Origin: Pseudolabrys sp.
GTDB lineage: Bacteria > Pseudomonadota > Alphaproteobacteria > Rhizobiales > Xanthobacteraceae
Length of the DNA: 33,708 bases
NCBI GenBank assembly: GCA_049674125.1
Contig: JBATYN010000260.1
Coordinates: 1-33,708, forward strand
Reading direction: 5' to 3'
Below are positions 18,143 through 28,427 of this stretch, in pieces. The notes below the pieces were generated by a model. The model saw only the letters and a list, made by a program, of their open reading frames with translations, did no database searches and was not told the origin of the DNA. The translations under genes and the position numbers were made by a program. How positions within the stretch are numbered: position 1 is the first letter of the stretch; each line of letters opens with the position of its first letter.

Positions 18143-18598
18143 CTAAGCGGCCGGCAAGCGTCGCTCGCGCCATCGCCCGGCGTTGCGCCCGGCGATCAGC
18201 CAGTACGCCAATCCACCGATGATCCCAGCGGCGGCCGCAAGCTGCAATGAGTGGCCAACGGGCGGAACGTCAGTCGTATTTTCGAGCCGTACGGAAATAT
18301 CCGAACCAAAATAAGACGCTAATCCAACAAGCGCCCCACCGACGCCGTAGTAAAGGAAGCTACGCATGCGGGCGATTTCTGCAAATAAGATCACCACCAA
18401 TGCCGGCAGGAATGCTACCGCTCCAATGAAGCTGGTGGCAAAAAACGAGACAATGAAGAAGCTCACACGCTCGACGGGATCGGAGTCGATGCCCGTCCAA
18501 TCTGGCGCGACAATTCCGATGGCGAGCGTGATTCCCGCCACCATTGAAGCCACGATGAGAGCGAAAGCGATGACGATGATCCGACCGAAGAGAGACAT
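18143..18598 (-). CDS. Hypothetical membrane protein (about 4 TM helices)
   Basis: AAAGGA RBS; four hydrophobic segments; C-terminal YWLIAGRNAG. Confidence 0.8.
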   Translation of the reverse strand: MSLFGRIIVIAFALIVASMVAGITLAIGIVAPDWTGIDSDPVERVSFFIVSFFATSFIGAVAFLPALVVILFAEIARMRSFLYYGVGGALVGLASYFGSDISVRLENTTDVPPVGHSLQLAAAAGIIGGLAYWLIAGRNAGRWRERRLPAA

Positions 18599-18626
18599 AG
18601 ATATCCTTTAAATGAGGGCGTTTCCG

Positions 18627-19871
18627 TCACTCGACCATGGCCATAGCACGCAGCGTCATACGTTCGCGCGCCGACAATTTCTCGGTCGCACTTTTAAGCT
18701 GGCCGCAAGCAGCCAAAATGTCTCGCCCACGTGGCGTTCGCACCGGTGATGCGTAGCCTGCATCGAAGACGACTTGTGAGAACTTTTCGATCTGCTCCCA
18801 GTCAGAACACTCGTATTGAGTGCCCGGCCAGGGATTAAACGGAATGAGATTTATTTTTGCGGGAATGCCTTTGAGCAGCCGCACCAGCGCCTTGGCGTCA
18901 TCGATGGTATCATTCACGCCCTTCAACATTACATATTCGAAGGTAATGCGTTTGGCGTTGGAAACGCCAGGATAGTTACGGCATGCTTCCAACAGCTCCG
19001 CGATTGGATATTTGCGATTGAGCGGCACAAGCTCGTTCCGCAACTCGTCACACACCGCGTGCAGCGATACAGCCAGCATGCAGCCAATCTCAGCGCCAGT
19101 GCGTTGGATGTTCGGCACGACGCCGGAAGTGGATAGCGTAATACGACGTTTTGAAATCGCGATGCCCTCGCCGTCGGCCATCATAAGCAGCGCATCGCGT
19201 ACAGCCTCGAAATTGTAGAGCGGTTCGCCCATGCCCATCATCACAATATTGGTAACGCAGCGATCACCGCTGGGTACGACGCCATCGGTCGGCCGTGTTC
19301 CGCCGGGCCGGTCGCCCAAGCGATCACGTGCGACCATCACTTGTCCGACGATTTCTCCGGCCGTCAGATTTCTGACCAGGCGCTGTGTGCCGGTGTGGCA
19401 AAACGTGCAGGTCAGTGTACAGCCGACCTGACTAGACACACACAGAGTGCCGCGCTCGGTGTCGGGAATGTAAACACACTCGACCTCGTGCGGGCGCTCG
19501 CCCTGCACCTCGCCGGGAATCCGCAAGAGCCATTTGCGCGTGCCGTCGACCGAGACCTGTTCGGCAACCACTTCTGGGCGAGCCACCGTAAAATGTTCGG
19601 TCAGTGCCGCGCGCAGCTCTTTTCCCAAGCTGGTCATTTGGTCAAATGACGTGAACCCGCGGAAATAGATCCAATGCCAGAGCTGCTGGATGCGCATTTT
19701 GCGCTGCGCATGTGGGACATCCAACCCTTCGAGCGCATTTGCCAACTGGGCACGTGTCATGCCGATCAGCGACGGCTTTTCGGGTGCGACATAGCGCTCT
19801 AGCGGCGCCTTCTCGACAAATTGCGTCGAGACCATTGCGCTGTCTGCAAGGGTTGCCATCGATTCACTCAT
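18627..19871 (-). CDS. rlmN: Dual-specificity rRNA/tRNA m2A methyltransferase (radical SAM)
   Basis: [27 protein letters not shown]; start may be 19859. Confidence 0.96.
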   Translation of the reverse strand: MSESMATLADSAMVSTQFVEKAPLERYVAPEKPSLIGMTRAQLANALEGLDVPHAQRKMRIQQLWHWIYFRGFTSFDQMTSLGKELRAALTEHFTVARPEVVAEQVSVDGTRKWLLRIPGEVQGERPHEVECVYIPDTERGTLCVSSQVGCTLTCTFCHTGTQRLVRNLTAGEIVGQVMVARDRLGDRPGGTRPTDGVVPSGDRCVTNIVMMGMGEPLYNFEAVRDALLMMADGEGIAISKRRITLSTSGVVPNIQRTGAEIGCMLAVSLHAVCDELRNELVPLNRKYPIAELLEACRNYPGVSNAKRITFEYVMLKGVNDTIDDAKALVRLLKGIPAKINLIPFNPWPGTQYECSDWEQIEKFSQVVFDAGYASPVRTPRGRDILAACGQLKSATEKLSARERMTLRAMAMVE

Positions 19872-19913
19872 TAACGCCGTTCGGCACTAACGGGAATATA
19901 GGGCGTAAGCGCC

Positions 19914-20462
19914 CTACTTGCACTCGTCGGCCACTTTGTCGAGCGCTTGAGCAAGACCCTTGAGCGAATAGGTGTCGGTCGTTTTCGTACCCCGCGCCGA
20001 TTCACTTTTAACCACCAAATCGGAGCCTTTGCGCATGGTTTCTACCATCTGCGCCTCTTCCGCCGCGTTTTTGACCCATGCGCCGTCGTTCTGGCTGTAC
20101 ATGGCAAAGGTCGTCGAACCGATGGCCGCCGTCGCGTCGTGGCCGGGCCTTTGCGGATAGCCGACGATCATCGAAACTTCGTTTTTCACTTTCTCTGACG
20201 GCCGCGTCGATACGAACGCGTAAGAAGGGTCGCGATTGCGCCCGGTGGGCTCACTCGTGGCGGACGTCGGCTTCGATAACGCAAAGCAGACCTTCTTGCC
20301 TCCCGGTGCTGCTCTGTAGGCACCCCACTCGCCGAATTGCCCCAGCAACACGGCCTGATCGGTCGGACTGGCAGGCTTCTTCTGCTGCGCTGACGCAGAG
20401 AGAGTGAGTGCGCAGATTGCCGAAACGACAATGAAAGTACGGAATAATGGTGTGGTGTTCAT
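19914..20462 (-). CDS. Invasion-associated locus B (IalB)-family periplasmic protein
   Basis: Signal peptide, FGEWGAY...KVCFA, MRKGS, YSLKGLAQAL...C. Confidence 0.8.
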   Translation of the reverse strand: MNTTPLFRTFIVVSAICALTLSASAQQKKPASPTDQAVLLGQFGEWGAYRAAPGGKKVCFALSKPTSATSEPTGRNRDPSYAFVSTRPSEKVKNEVSMIVGYPQRPGHDATAAIGSTTFAMYSQNDGAWVKNAAEEAQMVETMRKGSDLVVKSESARGTKTTDTYSLKGLAQALDKVADECK

Positions 20463-20683
20463 CGGGCCCTACCGGAGACGATAATAACGGTTCTTGAGCT
20501 GCCCCAAAAGAATCGCTGGATACTAGCGCATTACGGACGAATGTCGGCAATGTGAAGGCGGCAATCCATCGCTGAAGGGCTCGGTATGGCGGGCAGTCTG
20601 TGGGCCGACGGCCGGCGACGGCGTGCTAGAACCGCAAGACGTTACTTGCTATTCGCGCTGCACAATTCTGCTGGCGGAACATC

Positions 20684-21658
20684 ATGAAAGCCCTGCTCTG
20701 CACCCACTACGGTACGCCGGACGACCTCACGCTCGCTGATATCCCCGACCCTGCTCCACAAGCGGGAGAAGCTGTCGTGCGGATCGAAGCAGCGGCGTTG
20801 AACTTCTTCGATACGCTGATCATCGCCAACAAGTACCAGACCAAGCCGCAACTGCCCTTCTCGCCGGCGGCCGAGTTTGCCGGGACGATCGAGGCCCTTG
20901 GCGCTGGCGTAACAGGCTGCTCGGTTGGCGACAGAGTTGTCGCTTGCTCGGGATATGGCGCCGCGCGCGAGCGCATCGCGATCTCCGCCGGCAAGCTCAT
21001 TAAGATCCCTGATGGTCTCGATGCTGACCGTGCTGCCGGAATTTGCGTCACCTATGGCACCACGCTGCATGCGCTGAAGGACCGCGCCAAGCTCAAGGAA
21101 GGCGAGACCCTCGCCGTGCTCGGCGCTTCCGGCGGAGTCGGGCTGGCAGCAGTCGAGCTCGGCAAGCTTATAGGTGCGCGCGTTATCGCGTGCGCATCGT
21201 CCGCAGAGAAAATCGCATTCGCGCGCAAACATGGTGCCGATGACGAGATTGACTACAGCCGCGAAGACTTGAAGGAGGCGCTCCGCCGACTGACAGCTGG
21301 CCGCGGCGTTGACGTCGTCTACGATCCGGTTGGCGGCGCTCACGCCGAATCCGCACTGCGGTCGATTGCCTGGCAAGGACGGTTTCTCGTAGTCGGCTTT
21401 GCCGCCGGTGAAATAACGAAGCTGCCACTCAACCTCGTGCTGCTGAAGGGCTGTGACGTTCTTGGCGTATTTTGGGGCTCATGGATTGAACGTGATCCAG
21501 CGGGCCACCGCGCCAACACCGAACAATTATTGACCTGGTGCGCGGAAGGAAAATTGTCGTCGCACGTCCACGCCGTCTATCCGCTCGCGGAAGGCCCGGC
21601 CGCGCTTAAGGCGCTCGCGGCACGGAAGGTGATGGGCAAGATAATATTGAAGCCCTAG
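20684..21658 (+). CDS. NADPH:quinone oxidoreductase family protein (MDR superfamily)
   Basis: LNFFD, VLGASGGVG, GVDVVYDPVGG, VVGFAAG, GKIIL. Confidence 0.92.
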   Translation: MKALLCTHYGTPDDLTLADIPDPAPQAGEAVVRIEAAALNFFDTLIIANKYQTKPQLPFSPAAEFAGTIEALGAGVTGCSVGDRVVACSGYGAARERIAISAGKLIKIPDGLDADRAAGICVTYGTTLHALKDRAKLKEGETLAVLGASGGVGLAAVELGKLIGARVIACASSAEKIAFARKHGADDEIDYSREDLKEALRRLTAGRGVDVVYDPVGGAHAESALRSIAWQGRFLVVGFAAGEITKLPLNLVLLKGCDVLGVFWGSWIERDPAGHRANTEQLLTWCAEGKLSSHVHAVYPLAEGPAALKALAARKVMGKIILKP

Positions 21659-21665
21659 CAAGACG

Positions 21666-22022
21666 CTAGTGCGCGCTGAACTCCGCCAACTTGTTTCTCG
21701 CGGTAATACGATGCTCGGGGCGAATATGGTTTGCCACGAGCTTGATGGCGGTCGCGAGCACCGCCGCATCGTCGGTAAAACCCAGTACCGGTAGTACGTC
21801 GGGAATGACATCGGTTGGCAATATGAAATAAGCGATCGCGCCAACCAAAGTTGCCTTCACCGGCAGAGGAGTCGCACTATCGAACGCGCAGTAATACGCG
21901 GCGAGCAAATCCTCAGCGAAGGGAATTGACGCGGCAACACCACGCAACTTTCGCCAAAAACGGTGGCGGAACGCGGTTTCGTCGCCGGGGGTCTGCCAAA
22001 ATGCGGATTGTGCGAAAGCCAT
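21666..22022 (-). CDS. YkvA/DUF1232 family protein
   Basis: AYFILPTDVIPDVLPVLGFTDDA. Confidence 0.9.
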   Translation of the reverse strand: MAFAQSAFWQTPGDETAFRHRFWRKLRGVAASIPFAEDLLAAYYCAFDSATPLPVKATLVGAIAYFILPTDVIPDVLPVLGFTDDAAVLATAIKLVANHIRPEHRITARNKLAEFSAH

Positions 22023-22092
22023 ACGGACCTATCTGGTTAGCGATTAGGGCGACCGCAAGGCATAGCCTTTCTCACGCTAATGACGGACAAAT

Positions 22093-22386
22093 CTAGCCGC
22101 CGGCAATCCTGTCCATGGCTTCGGCGAGCTTCACGTCGAGCTCGGTCAATCCCCCGGCATCATGGGTGGAGAGCGTCACCTCGACCGTTTTGTAGACATT
22201 GAACCATTCCGGATGGTGATCCATTTTCTCCGCAACCAGCGCCGCGCGCGTCATGAAGCCGAAGGCCTGGTTGAAATCCTTGAATACAAATTTCTTTGCA
22301 ATGGCGTCGCGACCGGCGGTTTCGGACCAGCCGTTCAGCCTCGCCACCGCGGATTTGCGGGCCTCTCCGGTAAGCTTTTGCGCCAT
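22093..22386 (-). CDS. phhB: Pterin-4-alpha-carbinolamine dehydratase
   Basis: [30 protein letters not shown]. Confidence 0.93.
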   Translation of the reverse strand: MAQKLTGEARKSAVARLNGWSETAGRDAIAKKFVFKDFNQAFGFMTRAALVAEKMDHHPEWFNVYKTVEVTLSTHDAGGLTELDVKLAEAMDRIAGG

Positions 22387-22494
22387 GACATCATTCCCTG
22401 CCGAAACGAACGCACCACCCTCGAAAAGGGTTCGCGCTGATATTACCCCTTAAAGCTGTCCCCGGCGAAACTGTCGCACTGCGGATTGGGCATA

Positions 22495-22512
22495 TTGGCC
22501 CAATTTCTGCAT
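22495..22512 (+). promoter_or_regulatory. Putative sigma54 (-24/-12) promoter upstream of the glutaminase gene
   Basis: TTGGCCCAATTTCTGCAT with exact GG-N10-GC spacing (GG 22497-98, GC 22509-10). Confidence 0.45.
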
Positions 22513-22568
22513 AGTTGAGACCGGGCCCCGGCTGTTTGTGAAACCGGGCGTTCCAAAGGGGCTAAAGC

Positions 22569-24419
22569 GTGAATCAAATGCAGAGAAGCAGCCGTATAAC
22601 GGCTGCGACGCCATCATTGCCGCTCGGTCGATTCCTCGACCACTGCCACGCAAGCTTCAGGACTGACGCCAGCGGCACGCCGGCCGACTACATCCCCGAG
22701 TTGAAAAAAGCCAATCCGGATCACTTCGGCGTCGCACTCACCACTATTGACGGACACATTTACGAATCCGGTGACACCACGGTCGAGTTCACGATCCAGT
22801 CGATTTCCAAGGCCTTTGTGTTCGCGCTCGCCCTCGAACTCCTCGGGGTCGAGCGGGTCAATGCAGCTATCGGCGTTGAACCGAGTGGCGAAGCCTTTAA
22901 CTCAATCCGCCTGACCACCGACAATCGTCCGTTCAACCCGATGGTGAATGCCGGCGCCATTGCTTGCTGCGGTCTGATCCATAACGTCAAAGGCGCGGCC
23001 GCTTTTGAGTGCGTGCGAGACACGCTCAATCGCTTCGCCGGACGCAAGCTCAGTATCGACGAAGCGGTGTATGCCTCGGAGAATACTACCGGCGATCGCA
23101 ACCGAGCTATCGGCTATTTGCTACGTAACTATTCGGTAATCCAGGGAAACGTAAGCGAAGTCTTGGAGACCTACTTTCGCCAATGCTCGATTCTCGTGAC
23201 TGCGCGCGATCTTGCCGTGATGGCGGCAACGCTCGCCAACCGTGGCATCAACCCGCTCACCGGCGAGCAAGTGATCTCTCCTTACGTTGTTGCTCGCACA
23301 CTATCTGTGATGACCAGCTCGGGCATGTATGATTACGCCGGTGAGTGGATCTACCGCATCGGCATTCCGGCCAAAAGCGGTGTCGGCGGCGGCATTATCG
23401 CCGCAATGCCGGGACAATTCGGCCTCGGTACATTTTCGCCGAGGCTCGACAGCCATGGCAACAGCGTGCGCGGTATCAAGGTGTGCGAGCTTTTCTCCTC
23501 GCATTTCGATCTGCACATGCTTAACCGCTCGACCGATCTCCGCACTTCGGTCATTGCGGATTATGACATCAAAGGAATTTCATCGCGCCGCAGCCGGCAG
23601 CCCTATGAACAAGTTATCCTGGAAGAACACTATCAGCATATCCGCGTCCTTGAACTGGTAGGAGCAATGTCATTCGCGAACCTCGATTACGTAGCACGGA
23701 AAATCGCGAGCGGCGTGCAGCCAAGTTTTCTGATCATAGAACTTCGTCGCGTGCCTAGAGTAACTGGCGGTGCGACAAAATTATTCGCCGATATGGTGCG
23801 TGCGATCGCCGGTGCCAATTGCACCGTCCTGGTGTCGGGTGCCGAAAAGGTTTCAATGGTATCGCGAACAATCGACAAGGCACTTAAAGGCATCGCCAAT
23901 GTGCGCCATTTCGATCACCTGGACGAAGCCATTGAGTGGGCCGAAGATCAACTGATCTACCGCTACGGCGGCTATTCTGACGGGCACGATTCATCGGCGC
24001 TGAGCCAGCAAGCGCTGTTCGCGGGGCTAACTCCGCAGGAGCTTACGGAGCTCACGGCGCTCATGGCGCCGCGTAGCTTCCACGCCGGCGACCGCATCAT
24101 CGCGGCCGGCGATCTGGCGTCATCCATCTTTTTCCTGCAGAGCGGGATGGTCAGCGTGAAATTGCCGAGCGGCGTGCGCCTCGCAAGCCTGGCACACGGC
24201 ATGGCATGCGGCGAAATGGCCTTAATCGAGCAAGTGCGCTCGGCCGATGTGTGGGCCGATACCTCCGTTACCTGCCTCGAACTAGGCCTCGAACAATTCG
24301 CCGCGTTTTGTGAACACCACAGCCGCGGCGGCCAGCGTATCGTGCATAACCTGGCCAGGCTGTTGTCACATCGGCTTATCCAGGCCAATGCGAAGGTCGA
24401 TGTGATGAGCGGCTACTAG
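22569..24419 (+). CDS. glsA: Glutaminase A fused to STAS-like and cNMP-binding domains
   Basis: ADYIPEL, QSISK catalytic motif, NPMVNAGAI, GMYDYAG, PAKSGVGG, GNSVRG; then ELVGAMSF...EAIEWAED (STAS-like) and FFLQSG...GEMALI...RSADV (cNMP). Start uncertain (22569 or 22578). Confidence 0.9.
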   Translation: MNQMQRSSRITAATPSLPLGRFLDHCHASFRTDASGTPADYIPELKKANPDHFGVALTTIDGHIYESGDTTVEFTIQSISKAFVFALALELLGVERVNAAIGVEPSGEAFNSIRLTTDNRPFNPMVNAGAIACCGLIHNVKGAAAFECVRDTLNRFAGRKLSIDEAVYASENTTGDRNRAIGYLLRNYSVIQGNVSEVLETYFRQCSILVTARDLAVMAATLANRGINPLTGEQVISPYVVARTLSVMTSSGMYDYAGEWIYRIGIPAKSGVGGGIIAAMPGQFGLGTFSPRLDSHGNSVRGIKVCELFSSHFDLHMLNRSTDLRTSVIADYDIKGISSRRSRQPYEQVILEEHYQHIRVLELVGAMSFANLDYVARKIASGVQPSFLIIELRRVPRVTGGATKLFADMVRAIAGANCTVLVSGAEKVSMVSRTIDKALKGIANVRHFDHLDEAIEWAEDQLIYRYGGYSDGHDSSALSQQALFAGLTPQELTELTALMAPRSFHAGDRIIAAGDLASSIFFLQSGMVSVKLPSGVRLASLAHGMACGEMALIEQVRSADVWADTSVTCLELGLEQFAAFCEHHSRGGQRIVHNLARLLSHRLIQANAKVDVMSGY

Positions 24420-24482
24420 CCGCAGTCCGGCCGGCACCAGGTACCGAACGGCTGCTTCAGCCGGATCCACAGGATTCCACAG

Positions 24483-24522
24483 CTGTCATCGATCCGTCAT
24501 CGGGCCGTTGCCCATTTGTCAG
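24483..24522 (+). promoter_or_regulatory. Pho box (PhoB site)
   Basis: CTGTCAT-cgat-CCGTCAT, followed in 11-bp phase by CCGTTGC and TTGTCAG; upstream of phoD. Confidence 0.8.
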
Positions 24523-24568
24523 CGACCCGAACCAGACTTCCGTGCTCATATACGAGGCGGAGGCATTG

Positions 24569-26167
24569 ATGACGATACGCATTCGTTCAGCGGCCACGCG
24601 CCGGCGGTTCCTTGCAACAGGCGCGGCCGCAACCGCATTCACCACCATTGGCGGCATCGCCCGCCCGTTCATCAGCCGGGCCAACGACCGGCCCGTCATA
24701 ACGCACGGCGTACAGTCAGGCGATGTCTCGGCCGATTCCGGCGTGGTCTGGGCACGCGCCGATCGCCCCGCCCGTATGCTCGTGGAAACCTCAACCACCG
24801 AAAGCTTCAAAGATGTTCGCTTTAGCGCGTTCGTCGACGCGCTGCCGGAAAGCGATTTCACTGCCAAGCTTCTGGTCGAAAACCTGCCGGCGACGCAGGA
24901 TATATTCTATCGCATTCGTTTTCAGGATCTCGCCTCTCCGACAATCGTGGGTGAACCTCAGATCGGCCGTTTCCGCACCGCACCGAATGATCGACGCTCG
25001 ATCAGTTTCGTATGGTCGGGCGACACGGCCGGGCAAGGCTGGGGTATCGACGAATCGCGCGGCGGCATGCGCACTTACGCAACCATTCTGAAAAATCGCC
25101 CCGATTTTTTCATCCACAACGGTGACAATATCTACGCGGACGGTCCGATCGCCGCCGAACAGAAAATGCCAAATGGCGAGATTTGGAAAAACCTCGTCAC
25201 CGAGGACAAGTCGAAACCGGCTGAAACGCTCGTAGAATTTCGCGGCGCTTACAAATACAACCTCCTCGATAAAAACTTTCGTGCGCTCTACGCGGAAGTC
25301 CCCGTCTTCGCGCAATGGGACGACCATGAGGTATTCAACAACTGGTGGCCCGGCGAGCCAATGACTCGCTCCGAACTGGTCGCCAAGAAATACGCGGACA
25401 AGAACGACCTTATTCTCGCTGCCCGCGCCAGCCGCGCTTTCCACGAATACATGCCAATGCGCGAGACACAGGCCGAGCCAGGCCGTGTCTACCGGAAGAT
25501 CTCCTATGGTCCTCTGCTCGACGTTTTCATGCTCGATATGAGGTCTTATCGCGGGCCGAATGCAGAGGACACGGAACAGACTTACGGCCCCGCCGCCTAT
25601 TTCCTCGGGCCAACACAACTTGCGTGGCTCAAGCGCGAACTCGCAAACTCGCGAGCGACCTGGAAGGTGATCGCAGCTGATATGCCGATCAGCCTGGTGA
25701 TCGTCTATGACGTGCCACGCAAATGGGGCATCGAAGCCGTCGCGCAGGGCGATGACGGCGCGCCGCGCGGACGCGAGTTGGAGATCGCCGATCTGCTCTC
25801 GTTCATTAAGCGCGGGGGTGTAAAGAATACCGTCTGGCTCACCGCGGACGTCCACTACACGGCCGCGCACTACTATGATCCGAACAAGGCCGCATTCCAG
25901 GATTTCGAGCCTTTCTGGGAATTCGTCAGCGGGCCTCTCCATGCCGGTACATTCGGGCCCAATGTGCTCGACAAGACTTTTGGACCACAACTCGTCTATG
26001 TGAAGGCACCCACCAAGGAGCAGGGTCAGAATTTACCTCCCAGTGAGGGTCTCCAGTTCTTCGGGCACATCGCCATCGACGGAGCCAGCCAGCAAATGAC
26101 GGTGACGCTCAAGGATGTCGATGACCGGTCGTTATGGGCGAAAACCCTCGATCCGGTGCTGGGATAG
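24569..26167 (+). CDS. phoD: PhoD-family alkaline phosphatase, Tat-exported
   Basis: GGAGG RBS; TRRRFL Tat motif; HGVQSGD, HNGDNIYAD, WDDHE, LDMRSYR, TADVH. Confidence 0.93.
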   Translation: MTIRIRSAATRRRFLATGAAATAFTTIGGIARPFISRANDRPVITHGVQSGDVSADSGVVWARADRPARMLVETSTTESFKDVRFSAFVDALPESDFTAKLLVENLPATQDIFYRIRFQDLASPTIVGEPQIGRFRTAPNDRRSISFVWSGDTAGQGWGIDESRGGMRTYATILKNRPDFFIHNGDNIYADGPIAAEQKMPNGEIWKNLVTEDKSKPAETLVEFRGAYKYNLLDKNFRALYAEVPVFAQWDDHEVFNNWWPGEPMTRSELVAKKYADKNDLILAARASRAFHEYMPMRETQAEPGRVYRKISYGPLLDVFMLDMRSYRGPNAEDTEQTYGPAAYFLGPTQLAWLKRELANSRATWKVIAADMPISLVIVYDVPRKWGIEAVAQGDDGAPRGRELEIADLLSFIKRGGVKNTVWLTADVHYTAAHYYDPNKAAFQDFEPFWEFVSGPLHAGTFGPNVLDKTFGPQLVYVKAPTKEQGQNLPPSEGLQFFGHIAIDGASQQMTVTLKDVDDRSLWAKTLDPVLG

Positions 26168-26220
26168 CGGGTTAACAAGCCTTCAATTTACTTTGCTGGT
26201 TTACGTGCGCCAGCCGGCGG

Positions 26221-26248
26221 TTGCATCCCGGCCGCGCGTGACTATATT
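26221..26248 (+). promoter_or_regulatory. Putative sigma70 promoter for typA
   Basis: TTGCAT-N16-TATATT. Confidence 0.45.
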
Positions 26249-26312
26249 GCGCCGCAATAGCGTCGCGTCGCGGGCTCCACCGGGGCCCGCGCTTTGATTT
26301 TTGGAACCCGCA

Positions 26313-28142
26313 ATGGATCTTCGCAACGTCGCCATCATCGCCCACGTCGACCATGGCAAAACCACGCTGGTCGACAGGCTGCTGCAGCAATCCGGCGCCT
26401 ACCGCGAGAACCAGCGTGTCGTCGAACGCGCGATGGATTCCAACGATCTCGAGCGGGAGCGCGGCATTACCATCCTGGCGAAGGCAGCCTCGGTGGTCTG
26501 GAACGGCACGCGCATCAATATCGTAGATACACCCGGCCACGCCGATTTTGGCGGCGAAGTAGAACGCATTCTCAACATGGTCGACGGCGCGCTGGTATTG
26601 GTGGACGCCGCCGAGGGCCCCCTGCCGCAAACCAAATTTGTCGTCTCCAAAGCACTCAAGATGGGCCTCAAGCCTATCGTCGTGATCAACAAAGTGGACC
26701 GCGCCGACGCGCGCGCCGTCCAGGTGGTGAACGAGGTGTTCGATCTGTTTGCTGCACTCGACGCCACCGACGAGCAGCTCGATTTTCCGATACTTTACGG
26801 TTCTGCCAAGCAGGGCTGGATGGCGACCGGCCTGGACGGATCGCAGGACGACGGCATGAAGCCGCTGTTCGATCTCATCCTCAGCCATGTGAATCCGCCT
26901 CAGGTAGAAAGCGGGCCTTTCCGGCTGCTCGGCACCATACTCGAGGCCAATCCTTATCTCGGCCGGATTGTCACCGGTCGCGTGACGTCAGGAACGGCAA
27001 AACCCAACCTGCCGGTCAAGGTGCTCGATCACGACGGCAAACTAATCGAGACCGGCCGGATCACCAAAGTGCTAGCGTTTCGCGGTCTTGAGCGCGTGCC
27101 GGTGGATGAGGCGGACGCGGGCGATATCGTGGCCATCGCGGGATTGCCGAATGCGACCGTTGCAATGACGATTTGCGACCCGTCGGTGGAAACGCCGCTG
27201 CCGGCGCAGCCGATTGATCCGCCGACACTTGCGATGATCTTCCGCGTCAATGATTCCCCGCTCGCCGGTACCGAAGGCGATAAAGTCACTGGCCGTATGA
27301 TCCGCGACCGGTTGTTGCGCGAAGCCGAAGGCAACGTTGCGCTACGCGTGCGCGAATCCGACGAGAAGGACTCCATGGAGGTCGCCGGCCGCGGCGAATT
27401 GCAGCTCGGCATTCTGATCGAGACCATGCGGCGCGAAGGATTTGAGCTGTCGGTGTCGCGTCCCAAAGTGCTGTTGAAAGACGACCCGGCGACCGGTGAA
27501 ACGCTCGAACCGATCGAAGAGGTCGTCATCGATCTCGACGAAGAACATGCCGGAATCGTTGTGCAGAAAATGGCCGAGCGCAAAGCCGAAATGCTGGAGA
27601 TGAAACCGTCCGGCGGCCACCGCCTGCGGCTGGTGTTTCACGCGCCGACGCGCGGCCTCATCGGCTACCAGGGTGAATTGCTCACAGACACTCGCGGCAC
27701 CGCGATCATGAATCGTCTTTTCCACGCTTATGCGCCTTACAAGGGCCCGATCCAGGGCCGCCGCAACGGCGTGTTGATCTCCAACGACAAAGGCGACGCG
27801 GTTGCCTATGCGCTGTGGAATCTGGAAGACCGCGGGCCGATGATGATCGAACCCGGCTGGAAAGTTTACAACGGCATGATCGTGGGCGAGCACACGCGCG
27901 GAAATGATTTGATCGTGAATGTGCTCAAGGGCAAAAAGCTCACCAATATTCGCACGACATCAAAGGACGAAGCCGTGCGCCTGACGCCGCCAATCCGCAT
28001 GACGCTGGAGAAGGCGCTGGCTTATATCGAAGATGACGAGTTGGTCGAAGTGACGCCGAAGTCGATCCGCCTGCGCAAAAAGCTGCTCGACGAAAACGAC
28101 CGTAAAAAAGAAGACCGCAAGAAAGAGGCCGAGACCGTCTGA
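26313..28142 (+). CDS. typA: Translational GTPase TypA/BipA
   Basis: [56 protein letters not shown]. Confidence 0.97.
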   Translation: MDLRNVAIIAHVDHGKTTLVDRLLQQSGAYRENQRVVERAMDSNDLERERGITILAKAASVVWNGTRINIVDTPGHADFGGEVERILNMVDGALVLVDAAEGPLPQTKFVVSKALKMGLKPIVVINKVDRADARAVQVVNEVFDLFAALDATDEQLDFPILYGSAKQGWMATGLDGSQDDGMKPLFDLILSHVNPPQVESGPFRLLGTILEANPYLGRIVTGRVTSGTAKPNLPVKVLDHDGKLIETGRITKVLAFRGLERVPVDEADAGDIVAIAGLPNATVAMTICDPSVETPLPAQPIDPPTLAMIFRVNDSPLAGTEGDKVTGRMIRDRLLREAEGNVALRVRESDEKDSMEVAGRGELQLGILIETMRREGFELSVSRPKVLLKDDPATGETLEPIEEVVIDLDEEHAGIVVQKMAERKAEMLEMKPSGGHRLRLVFHAPTRGLIGYQGELLTDTRGTAIMNRLFHAYAPYKGPIQGRRNGVLISNDKGDAVAYALWNLEDRGPMMIEPGWKVYNGMIVGEHTRGNDLIVNVLKGKKLTNIRTTSKDEAVRLTPPIRMTLEKALAYIEDDELVEVTPKSIRLRKKLLDENDRKKEDRKKEAETV

Positions 28143-28367
28143 GGCAGCCCCCGGGCGGCCACAACCTCCACGACGCATCTCATTTCCGTCACGCGTAATT
28201 CGAGTCCGGCAATCGAATCACTTTGCGTTATCCAGTAAGCGCCTGGGTGGCCGTTGTGCCCCGAGATGTCTTCGGAACCGGCCTGCTCCATCTCCAATCA
28301 GTCCGCCCGGCACCCTAATTTGGCGTAGCTGCTTGGCTTTTTAGACCTGTGGCCAGTAATCCACACC

Positions 28368-28383
28368 GTTAACCCATCATTAA
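28368..28383 (-). promoter_or_regulatory. Full CtrA-binding consensus
   Basis: Minus strand TTAA-TGATGGG-TTAAC equals TTAA-N7-TTAAC. Confidence 0.65.
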
Positions 28384-28427
28384 TGATAGGGCTTGAAGGG
28401 CGCAAAGTTCGTTGCTTCTATCGCGCA

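Noticed and set aside
22476..22492. NtrC site upstream of the glutaminase gene
   Set aside because: Half-site spacing is one base off the 17-bp consensus, and it lies too close to the -24 element for a typical enhancer
24791..25990. 399-aa minus-strand ORF
   Set aside because: Antisense shadow of phoD, typical of high-GC codon bias
26172..27893. Several long ORFs overlapping typA
   Set aside because: Alternative-frame or antisense shadows of a strongly supported gene
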